A stretch of 64,000 nucleotides of DNA from an uncultured Methanomassiliicoccales archaeon. Lineage in GTDB: Archaea; Thermoplasmatota; Thermoplasmata; Methanomassiliicoccales; UBA472. The notes under the pieces are model-generated. The model was given only the letters and a program-made list of their open reading frames with translations, was not told the origin of the DNA and ran no database searches. The position numbers were made by a program, and so were the translations under genes. Of this stretch, positions 37,921 to 47,800 are shown one piece after another; the stretch's first letter is position 1; each line of letters begins with the position of its first letter. The DNA is taken from assembly GCA_963695345.1 (NCBI GenBank), contig OY968769.1:2272001-2336000 (forward strand), written 5' to 3'.

Positions 37921-38207
37921 TTTCCCCCCTCACACCAGAAAGGTGATGTTACTAATATCAATTGTGAAGGATTGTATTGACATGACGTAGCATGGATCGT
38001 CTATCGACCGGCGATAATGACTAACGGATGTGGGTGTCGTAAGATCGACCTCATGGAACCCCCTCAGGAACGATTTCTTCAAAGGAAATCGCAGCTGTGG
38101 ACAGGCCACATTATCTGTCATGATAATCTCAGGCAAAGTCACTTTAAGAATAGAGCGAATCTCAACGGCATAATGCAGACGCCATCGAAACCCCAGGGAG
38201 GTGTGCC

Positions 38208-39551
38208 ATGCTATCCAAAGGATTACTGATTCCTCTGTCCTTTGCCAGCCTCCCGGTCATTTCGATCACATTCTTCGACAAGAAGAAAAGGTCCAGGAAG
38301 CCAAAGGAAGAGGATGATGTAGATGTGCCTCCAGATGGCCTGAGCGTCGAGGAACTGGAGCGCCTCGACCTGGACCAGCTTGATGCTCTTGGCTCGAGCG
38401 TATTGGGCGATGAATCCCGATCCGAGGACGCCAAAGAGATCACCCTGCTGCCTGGATGGTCCTTCATCCCCAGCATCACGATCTCATTCCGACGCCGGGA
38501 CAAGCTCACCGAGCCGTCCTTCGAGACGGCGGAGGAAGAGGAGATCATAGAAGGCATAAGGAAAGCACCACTGCCTGACACCATCTTCGAATCGCCCAGG
38601 CAGTCCGCCCGTCCGGCCATGGACCGGGACGTGGCCGAGTTCGATCCGGAGACGGACGCCATCATACGTCCCGATTCCTTCGATGAGCTCAACCCCTCGT
38701 CCGGTGCCCCCGCCCTTACCAAGGCAAAAGCCCCCCGGAAACGGGAGGAACTTTCTCTCGAGAGCGGGCCAGATCCGTCCGAGATGGACCTGGATCTGGA
38801 CCTTGAACTGCCCGGCAACGACATCGGTTTCGAGGTCGAGCTTCCCGATGACAATCTGATCAAACCCAGGCCTGGGCGGGACAATGCCACGGTCGTTCCG
38901 GTTGGCATGGACCGGGACGATCTGGACCTGATGCTCGGAGGCGGGCTGCCCCGCAGCTCCATCGTCCTCGTCGAGGGAAGGAAGGGCTCCGGCGTCGAGC
39001 AGTTCATCCAACGCCTCACCTACGGGTTCCTGCAGAACGGGGTGGGCGTGACCTACATCTCGACCGAGAACGCCACCAGCGATTTCATCGAGCAGATGTA
39101 CGGGTCCGGGTTCATGATGGCCAACCACCTGTTGGGCAGGAAGATCCTTTACATCCCCATCGATTCGCTGATACGCAAGGAACGGGCCATGGCCGGATAC
39201 ATCGACCGCCTGATCCGCTCACCGCAGCTGCTCAACGACGTTATCATCATAGACCGGCTGTCCACCATGACCGCTAACGATCTGGACGAGAACGGGCACC
39301 TGAAACTGCTGTCCTATCTGAAAGGCGCGGTGACCAAGAACCGCACCGTGATCCTGGTCACCGACGAGAAGCAGAACGGGATCGAGACCATCCGGGAGGA
39401 GGCCAAGGCCCGGATGAGCATGGCCGTCATCGAGGACGGTCCGGAGACCACCCACTCGGTCCACGTCCTCAAGTACCCGGAATCGGTCCCGGAGGCAAAA
39501 GAGGAAATCCGTTTCAAGATAGAACCGGGCCTCGGAATGGTTGTCCAGTAG
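38208..39551 (+). CDS. ArlH/FlaH (KaiC-like) domain protein with long acidic N-terminal region and degenerate Walker A
   Basis: RDDLDLMLGGGLPRSSIVLVEGRKGSGVEQFIQRLTYGFLQNG..TYISTE..FIEQM..IIIDRLS..FKIEPGLG follows ArlH hallmarks, but GKS is replaced by GVE. Confidence 0.78.
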   Translation: MLSKGLLIPLSFASLPVISITFFDKKKRSRKPKEEDDVDVPPDGLSVEELERLDLDQLDALGSSVLGDESRSEDAKEITLLPGWSFIPSITISFRRRDKLTEPSFETAEEEEIIEGIRKAPLPDTIFESPRQSARPAMDRDVAEFDPETDAIIRPDSFDELNPSSGAPALTKAKAPRKREELSLESGPDPSEMDLDLDLELPGNDIGFEVELPDDNLIKPRPGRDNATVVPVGMDRDDLDLMLGGGLPRSSIVLVEGRKGSGVEQFIQRLTYGFLQNGVGVTYISTENATSDFIEQMYGSGFMMANHLLGRKILYIPIDSLIRKERAMAGYIDRLIRSPQLLNDVIIIDRLSTMTANDLDENGHLKLLSYLKGAVTKNRTVILVTDEKQNGIETIREEAKARMSMAVIEDGPETTHSVHVLKYPESVPEAKEEIRFKIEPGLGMVVQ

Positions 39552-39646
39552 TCGTTCCGAGCTGTTCCAATTTTTGATAACTGACTGATAACGTCTTTAT
39601 AAACAGGTGCCGCTCGAAAGCTGATCATTCTTGAGAGCTGATATCG

Positions 39647-42600
39647 ATGCGTGAGACCCGGCCGCGATACAATTCCGTCTGCCTACTGGTAGCATTGTTG
39701 CTCCTAGTGCCGCTGTTCTCCATGAACGGCCTCGCAGCACCGGTCCCCGATTCCCCCACCGATGTGACCGCGTGGGGGAGCAATTCCCGGATCACCATCA
39801 ATTGGACCGCTCCGGTGAACACCGGCGGATATCCCATCACCGGTTATTCCATATACAAGGGCACCAGCCCAACCGACATGCGGGTGTACGTGGTGGTGGC
39901 GTCCACTCCCTTCACCTACCAGGACAACGTGGTCGAGAACGGTCAGACCTACTACTATTACGTGACCGCCCACAACGTCAACGGAGAAGGGGCGCCATCG
40001 TCCACGGTCTCCGACATGCCCCTGAACGTACCCTCCGCCCCGACGGCGCCCACCGCCACATCCGGCATCGGCCAGATGATCATCGGCTGGAACCCTCCCT
40101 ACAACGAGGGGGGTTCTCCGGTGACCAACTACCGCATCTACCGGGGCACCTCCGCCTCCCTGCTGCTGTTCCTCAAGGACTCGGCCCAGACCACCGCCAC
40201 CGACAGCGGACTGAGCAACGGTCAGACCTACTTCTATCAGATCTCCGCGGTGAACGCGGTCGGTGAGGGCACCAAATGCGCGGTGTTCCAGGGAACCTTG
40301 GCATCGGCGCCCGGCCCCCTGCTCGACCTTCAGGCAGTCGCCTCGGACTCCAAGGTGACGCTGACCTGGACCGCTCCATCCGACAACGGCGGCTCGCCTG
40401 TGACCGGCTATATCGTCTATCGTTCGGTCGCGTCCGGTGAGGAGAACGTCCTCCAGCCGGTCACGGCCACCACCTATCTGGACCTGAACCTGGTCAACGG
40501 GGTCACCTACTACTACCAGGTGTCCGCGGTCAACGCGGTCGGGGAAGGGCAGCCCTCCTCCGAGGTGGCCTGCACGCCGGCCGCCGTCCTGGGACCGCCG
40601 ACCTCGATAACCGCGGTGCCTTCCAATTCCGTCATCTCGATGAGCTGGACCGCACCCGCCAACACCGGCGGGTCGACCGCCTCCTCCTACAAGATATATC
40701 GGGGCACATCGGCCACCACGCTGCTGTTCCTGGCCTCGGTCACCCTGACCAGCTATCAGGATACCGGCCTCACCAATGGGCAGATCTACTTCTACAAGAT
40801 CAGCTCGGTCAACTCCGTCGGCGAAGGAGCCCAGTCCTCGGCGGTCGGGGCAACCCCGTTCTCCACGCCATCGGTGCCCCTATCCTTGACCGGGACCAGC
40901 GGCAACGGCGGCGTATCCTTGGATTGGTCCCCTCCGTTCAGCAACGGAGGCTCATCCGTGCTCCGTTACCATATCTATTGGTCGGATTCGGCCACCGGGC
41001 CCTGGACCATGATCGATACCCTGAGCGCGGGAACGGTCTACGCCCACAGCGGCCTGACGAACGGACAGACCTATTATTACCAGGTGGCGGCGGTCAATTC
41101 CGCCGGGGAAGGCCCCAGGACAGCGACCGCGTCCGCCACTCCGCACACGGTGCCCTCGGCGCCGGCCATCATTTCCGCGACCGGCGGGACCGGCAACGTC
41201 ACCTTGACCTGGACGGCGCCGGCGTCGGATGGCGGATCGGCTCTGACCAAGTACTCGGTATATCGGGGAACTTCCAGCGGGTCGGAGACGTTCCTCCGGG
41301 ATGCCGGACAGTCCCTGACCGTGATCGACAACACGGTATCGGCGGGCACGACCTACTACTACCGGGTCACCGTCTGGAATTCGCAGGGGGAGAGCCCCAG
41401 ATCGAACGGGGCCAGTGCCACCACATTCGGTGCGCCTACGCCGCCGACCGCGCTCACCTGCACGGCCGGGGACTCGCTCATATCGCTTCACTGGGACGCC
41501 CCCGGCTCCGACGGGGGCTCGTCGGTGCTGGCCTATCGGGTCTTCTTCGGCAGCAGCCCCGGTGTCTATTCCGCCAACCAGACGGTATCCTCCAACTCCT
41601 TCCTGCATGGGTCGCTGACCAACGGTGTACGCTATTTCTACGCCGTGGCGGCCATCAACTCGGTCGGTCAGGGACCGCTCTCCGCCGAGAGCTCCGCAGT
41701 CCCGATGACCAACCCCACCGCGCCACAATCGCTGCTGGCAACTGCCGGGGTCAGACAGATATACCTCTCCTGGCAGCCGCCGCTGGTCAACGGAGGGTCC
41801 AACGTCACCGGCTACAAGCTGTACCGCGGCCCCACCGCCACCAGTCATTCCCTCATCGCCGTGCTCGGCCCGGAGCGGGAGTTCACCGATACCGGGCTCT
41901 TGAACGGGACCACCTATCATTACTCAGTCTCCGCGATCAACTCCCAGGGGGAGAGCCTGCGCAGCCTGGAATCCTCGGCCCGGACGAATTCCGTGCCCAC
42001 CGTCCCCACCGGTCTGTCGGTCACCGCCGGAAACTCCCAGGCAACCCTTTCCTGGTCGGCGCCGAGCGACAACGGCGGTTCGGCCATCGGTTCCTATGGC
42101 ATTTACCGGTCGACGGTCCAGGGCAGCTATGTGCTGGTAGCCAACACCGCCTCATTGATCTATACCGATCCCGGCCTGACGAACGGCCAACGCTATTACT
42201 ACGCGGTGTCGGCCGTAAATCCCGTAGGAGAAGGCCCCCGGACGGTCCAGCTGTCGGTCCTGCCGGCCAGCATACCGTCGGAACCGCAGTGGCTGATGGC
42301 GACCCCCGGCGTCAAGAGCATAACCCTCTCCTGGACGGCCCCCACCACCGACGGCGGCTCCCCGCTGCTGGGATATCATATCCTCCGGGGAAATGCGCCC
42401 GGTTCGGAAACGCAGTATGCCGATGTCGGCACCACATCGTTCGCCGATTCGTCCCTGGACGACGGCGAGACCCACTATTACGAGGTGATCGCCTACAACG
42501 CCATCGGGAACGGACCGGCGTCGGACGAGGTTTACGCCACCACGTTGTCCCTCCCGAGCGCCCCGACATTCCTCCAGGCGACCGTTTCGGACCGGTCGGT

Positions 42601-44614
42601 CTCTCTGCATTGGTCGGAACCGGTGAACGGCGGGGGAACTCCCATCGCCTACTATTCCCTGTATCAGGGGGACTCACCCAGCTCAATGTCCCTGCTGACC
42701 TCGATCTCGTCCCGGTCCTATGACGTCTCCGGACTGGTGAACGGGCACCTCTATTACTTCGCGGTGTCGGCCACCAATGCCGTCGGCGAGGGTTCATTGA
42801 CCACGCCGCTGTCGGCAATGCCTTCCAAGACGCCATCGGTACCGCTGCAATTCGCCTCCGTCGCCGGGATCCGTCAAGTGGCCCTCAGTTGGTCTGCCCC
42901 CACGGACAACGGAGGCGCGGCCATCACCGGCTATCACCTGTACCGTTCCCTGACCGAGACAGGATCATACGATTTCGTGGTCTCCCTCGGGGCCACCTCA
43001 TATACCGATACCCAGCTGAACAACGGAGCGAAGTACTACTACCGTCTGGCCGCTGTGAACTCCGCCGGGGAGGGCCCGTACGCGGAAACCAGCGCCACCA
43101 CCTACTCGATCCCGGAACCATCGGTCCTCAACGCCACCGTGAGCGGACTGGATGTCCATCTCACCTGGTCCGCGTCGGAGAGCGCCACATCCTACCGCAT
43201 ATACCGCGGGGACGTATCCGGGGAGGAGACCTACCTCCGGTCAGCCCTGACCCTGGGCTACGTCGACGGACCGTTCGCCTCGGGACGCACCCTGTACTAC
43301 TACGTCACCTCGGTCAACGTGACCGGGGAGAGCGCGCATTCGAACGAGGCATCGGTCACCATCGTGACCCCCCCGTCGGCCCCCACCGATCTCACCGCTG
43401 AGATCGCCGGGACCAAGGCGGTCCTCAGATGGGAGGCGCCATCGAACCACGGCAGCTCCCCGACCCTGACATACCAGGTGCTGCGCGGACCCACCCATGG
43501 CTCCGAAGTGCCCATCGGCACGAGCACCACCACCACCTACAACGACACCACGATCGTCTCCCGGGAGCGCTACTACTACCAGGTTAAGGCGGTCAACTCC
43601 GCCGGCACCAGCGCCCCGTCGAACGAGGTGACCCTGCTCTACAGCAACACCTTCACCGCGCCGGTCCTGACGGTCAGCGCAGGCATAGAGAGGGTCCTGC
43701 TCAGATGGACCGTTCCATCCCAGACCAACGGTTACCCGCTGACCGGATATCAGGTCTACCGGGGAAGCACCAGCGGTTCAGAGACGTTCCTGATCGCGGT
43801 CAACGTCACCGAGATGACCGATACCAGCGTGATCGCGGGCCAGACCTACTACTACCAGGTCCGCGGCACCACCGCGGTGGAGACCGGGCCGGCCTCGAAC
43901 GAGGGGAGCGCCACTCCATACACCTATCCGGGCGTTCCCGCGTCGTTCGTGGCGACCCCCGCCGAACGCTCGGCCAACCTGAACTGGTCAGTCCCGACAT
44001 CGGATGGATTCTCCCCCATCCTCGGTTACCACGTCTTCCGGGGCGTCACCGTCAGCAACCTCAGCCAGGTGGCCTCCGTGACAACGCTCAGGCACCTGGA
44101 TGTCGGCCTCGCGGCGGGGACCACGTACTATTACCGGGTCGCCGCGTTCAACGCCGCCGGGGACGGCAACCTCTCCAGCCCCCTGGCGATAACCACTCCC
44201 ATAGTGATCGACCCGCCGATCGGCCTGACCGCCACCGGCGCAGAGGGCAAGATCACCCTCGTCTGGAACCAGCCGGCCGGGGCGAACGTGTTCACGTACA
44301 GCATATTCCGCGGGAACGGTACCGGCGAGGAGGTCTTCCTGATCAACTATCCGGCTACCAGCTGGGTCGACTTCAACGTCACCGCTGGCCAGAACTATTA
44401 CTACCGGGTCTCCGCGCTGACCATGAACGGCGAGAGCCAGATGTCCGAGGAGGCGGTGGCCTCTCCGAAGGCTTCCCACGTCGATCCGCATGACGGCCTG
44501 CTCGACCAGATGTGGTTCCGCGTTCTCATCATCATGGGCATCCTGGCGGGAGGTTTCTTCTCCTTCATCCTGTTCGTCAGGAAGGGCACGCTCCGGGTGA
44601 GGCGAGACCGGTAA
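39647..44614 (+). CDS. Fibronectin type III repeat surface protein (17 FN3 domains) with C-terminal TM anchor
   Basis: Signal peptide; 17 units of P.AP....W..P...GG....Y.IYRG....YYY.V.A.N..GEG counted by eye; TM + RKGTLRVRRDR. Confidence 0.93.
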   Translation: MRETRPRYNSVCLLVALLLLVPLFSMNGLAAPVPDSPTDVTAWGSNSRITINWTAPVNTGGYPITGYSIYKGTSPTDMRVYVVVASTPFTYQDNVVENGQTYYYYVTAHNVNGEGAPSSTVSDMPLNVPSAPTAPTATSGIGQMIIGWNPPYNEGGSPVTNYRIYRGTSASLLLFLKDSAQTTATDSGLSNGQTYFYQISAVNAVGEGTKCAVFQGTLASAPGPLLDLQAVASDSKVTLTWTAPSDNGGSPVTGYIVYRSVASGEENVLQPVTATTYLDLNLVNGVTYYYQVSAVNAVGEGQPSSEVACTPAAVLGPPTSITAVPSNSVISMSWTAPANTGGSTASSYKIYRGTSATTLLFLASVTLTSYQDTGLTNGQIYFYKISSVNSVGEGAQSSAVGATPFSTPSVPLSLTGTSGNGGVSLDWSPPFSNGGSSVLRYHIYWSDSATGPWTMIDTLSAGTVYAHSGLTNGQTYYYQVAAVNSAGEGPRTATASATPHTVPSAPAIISATGGTGNVTLTWTAPASDGGSALTKYSVYRGTSSGSETFLRDAGQSLTVIDNTVSAGTTYYYRVTVWNSQGESPRSNGASATTFGAPTPPTALTCTAGDSLISLHWDAPGSDGGSSVLAYRVFFGSSPGVYSANQTVSSNSFLHGSLTNGVRYFYAVAAINSVGQGPLSAESSAVPMTNPTAPQSLLATAGVRQIYLSWQPPLVNGGSNVTGYKLYRGPTATSHSLIAVLGPEREFTDTGLLNGTTYHYSVSAINSQGESLRSLESSARTNSVPTVPTGLSVTAGNSQATLSWSAPSDNGGSAIGSYGIYRSTVQGSYVLVANTASLIYTDPGLTNGQRYYYAVSAVNPVGEGPRTVQLSVLPASIPSEPQWLMATPGVKSITLSWTAPTTDGGSPLLGYHILRGNAPGSETQYADVGTTSFADSSLDDGETHYYEVIAYNAIGNGPASDEVYATTLSLPSAPTFLQATVSDRSVSLHWSEPVNGGGTPIAYYSLYQGDSPSSMSLLTSISSRSYDVSGLVNGHLYYFAVSATNAVGEGSLTTPLSAMPSKTPSVPLQFASVAGIRQVALSWSAPTDNGGAAITGYHLYRSLTETGSYDFVVSLGATSYTDTQLNNGAKYYYRLAAVNSAGEGPYAETSATTYSIPEPSVLNATVSGLDVHLTWSASESATSYRIYRGDVSGEETYLRSALTLGYVDGPFASGRTLYYYVTSVNVTGESAHSNEASVTIVTPPSAPTDLTAEIAGTKAVLRWEAPSNHGSSPTLTYQVLRGPTHGSEVPIGTSTTTTYNDTTIVSRERYYYQVKAVNSAGTSAPSNEVTLLYSNTFTAPVLTVSAGIERVLLRWTVPSQTNGYPLTGYQVYRGSTSGSETFLIAVNVTEMTDTSVIAGQTYYYQVRGTTAVETGPASNEGSATPYTYPGVPASFVATPAERSANLNWSVPTSDGFSPILGYHVFRGVTVSNLSQVASVTTLRHLDVGLAAGTTYYYRVAAFNAAGDGNLSSPLAITTPIVIDPPIGLTATGAEGKITLVWNQPAGANVFTYSIFRGNGTGEEVFLINYPATSWVDFNVTAGQNYYYRVSALTMNGESQMSEEAVASPKASHVDPHDGLLDQMWFRVLIIMGILAGGFFSFILFVRKGTLRVRRDR

Positions 44615-44815
44615 GGAGGCCAAAGAGCGGTGATGAACGGGTAGGCACCTGGGAAACTCATTTTACAAAACATCAGTATTTTCTTATTATTGTTTATTAT
44701 CAAGTCCATATCACAATAATATCTTACAAATGTTTGACAAACAGGCCGATTAGGAAATCATTTTTGATAGCTATATCAGGCCATTTAATAGCCAATTAGC
44801 AGGTCAAGTCCTGCC

Positions 44816-47800
44816 ATGCGCCGGACGTACCTTAGTGCTCATCATCTACTCATAGCACTGGTACTGCTCCTGCCTGGACTGCTTCTTCCCTTTTCCATCA
44901 TGCCGATGGCATCGGAGCTATCGGTCGAAGCGGGGGACACGAGCGTCTCGGTGCAGACACATTTGATGACGGCCGATGAGGTAGCTCTACTACAGTCGGT
45001 CACCGGTACCTTCGTGAACGGGACGGACTACAACGTGATCATCGACGGGCACGGGACCGGACTGGCCCCGCCGACCGCCTCGCAGTACACGGACATGGTG
45101 GGGAACGTGCAGGTCACCGACTTGGTGCTGACCAGCCTCATGGCCCCGTCATCCTATGATATCTCAACCCAAGCCTATTTCCCGGTCGTCGGGAACCAGG
45201 GGAGCCAGGGGTCGTGCGCCGCCTGGGCCATGGCCTATTACGACTACGGTTACCTGGAGGCCAGGGACAATAACTGGACCGACGCCTCCACCGGCAACAC
45301 GGCCCATCTGATGAGCCCGGCCTGGGCCTACAACCGGGTCAACTTCGGGGTGGACCGCGGGACCTTCATGGACAACGTGGCCGACGTGATCTCCGACTGG
45401 GGGGTCGCCAGCCTAATGACGATGCCCTACCAGCAGTCCGATGTCAGAAGCTGGGGGACGGAGGCGGCGGCCCGCGAGGCCCCGCTGCACCGGTCTTCCG
45501 GCGTAAGCTACATCAGCTACAGTTCGTCCAACCCTTCAGCGGCGATCAACAACATCAAGAACCTGATCTCCGCCAACTCCCCGGTGACGTTCGCCATCGA
45601 CGCCAACGTGTTCTCCTCCTCGCTGGCGGACAACATCATCACCGCCAACGAGTACAACACGGTAAGCATGAACCATGCCCAGACCATCGTCGGCTATGAC
45701 GATTCCCGATCGGACGGCGTGCACTCCGACCTGGGCGCGTTCAAGGTGGTGAACTCCTGGGGGAAGAACTGGGGCAATGGAGGCTATTATTGGATCTCCT
45801 ACGACGCGATGAAGAAGATCGGGAACAATCTCTATCTCACCTACATCACGGACCAGCCTTCCTACCAGCCCAGCCTGCTTGCCATCATCGAGTTCAACAA
45901 CGCCCCGACCAGGGAAGCCTCGATCACCGTCGGTGTCGGCACCGTCGGTGGCTCCGACAAGATCATCCCCTATTTCGAGAAGAACTACGATTCCTCGGTG
46001 ACCGCCGCCTTCCCGTCGTTCCTGGCCATCGACATGACCGAGCTGCTGGCGAAATATCAGTCCGGCAAGACCAGCTTCTATTTGACCATGGGCTCGTCCA
46101 CCACCGCTGGAAACGTCTCCTCGTTCCGCATCGAACAGTATCAGAACGGTTACTCCTGCGCCGCCACGCAGGTCTCCGGCCAGTCACCGGATGTGCCGAA
46201 GGTGAACCCGGGCTCGGTGAGCGTGACATTGACGCCCTACGCCATCATTGCCCCGGAGACCGCCCTGGACAATTCCGGACTATCCATGACCGGCTCGGGT
46301 AACGCCCAGTGGTCCCCGGTGACCCGGGACTCCCATTACGGCGGCAGCGCCATGCAGAGCGGCAACGTGGGCAACGGCGCCAAGAGCACGCTGCAGACCA
46401 CCGTGCTCGGCCCTTCGGCCATCTCGTTCTGGTGGAAGACATCGACCGAGACCACCGACCTGGTGCGGTTCTATGTGGACTCGGTCAACCGGGCCAACGC
46501 CAGCGGCGCCACCGCCTGGTCGGAGGTGAGCATGGAGATCGCCTCGGGAACGCATGTGCTCAAATGGGAGTATGTGAAGGACGCATCCATAGCCGGGAAT
46601 CAGGACCTGGTGCTTCTCGATCAGATCGTTGCCACCTCGGGCAGCACCGTTCCGACCGCCCCCGCCGGCCTGTCCGCCACGGTCGGATCGAGCATTCAGC
46701 TCAACTGGTCGACCCCATCATCGAATGGCGGTTCGACCATAACGTCATACAACTTATACCGGGGGACATCCTCGGGAACGGAAACGCTCCTGACCAGTGT
46801 TCCGGCGTCCTCCCTGACCTATACCGACGGCAGCGCCGCCGTGAACCAGACCTACTTCTATCAGGTCACCGCCCGGAACTCGGTGGGCGAGTCGTCCCGG
46901 TCCAATGAGGCCAGTGCCAAGATACCGATATCGGTCCCGTCCGCCCCTGCCTCGATGGCCGCGGTGGCCGGGGCCTCCTTCATCGACCTCTCCTGGTCCT
47001 CGAACGGGATCAGCCTGACCGGTTTCCACCTTTACCGGGGCACCGTGTCCAACGGTGAGTCGTTGTTCCAGACCCTGCCACTATCGGCCCGCTCGTTCCG
47101 GGACAGCAACATCACGCCGGGAACCGTTTACTTCTATCGGGTAGACGCGTTCAACGACCTCGTCTCCTCCGCCTACAGCAACGAGGCGTCCGCCCGCATA
47201 CCTTCCGTTCCGAACGCCCCGACCGCCCTTGCCGGTACCGGCTCCACATCGGGAATATATCTCACCTGGGCCGCCCCGACCGACAATGGCGGTTCAGCCC
47301 TCCTCGGTTACCGGATCTACCGTGGAACCGTTGCCGGAGGCGAGTCCACCTCTCCCATCGTATCGCAGGTTTCGACCTCATACACCGATCTGAGCGCCCT
47401 CTCCGGAATCAGATATTACTATGTGGTCAAGGCGTACAACGCCATCGGGGATTCCGCCGTCAGCAATGAAGCGACCGCCATGGTGCCTACGCTCCCAGGG
47501 GCCCCCACCACGCTCAGCGCCACCGTCGCCGGCGCCTACATCCACCTGAGCTGGACGCTGCCCGTCGACAACGGAGGCGCCACCATCGACCGATACAATA
47601 TCTATCGCGGCATATACCCCGGCGCGGAGAGCGCGATCGCTCTCGGGACTTCCAGCGTAACCTCCTATGATGACGCGTCGGCGGTCCTGGGAACCCAATA
47701 CTACTATGTAGTCCGGGCGCACAACCAGGTCGGAGAATCCGCACCGAGCAACGAAGCATCCAGCCGGATCATCAATGCCCCGGACGCCCCCTCCTCCCTG

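Noticed and set aside
40924-42723. 599-aa alternative-frame ORF, and other long shadow ORFs such as 28256..29524, 35856..37049 and 54978..56030
   Set aside because: Arg/Pro/Gly-rich or antisense shadows of well-supported high-GC genes, with no domain motifs
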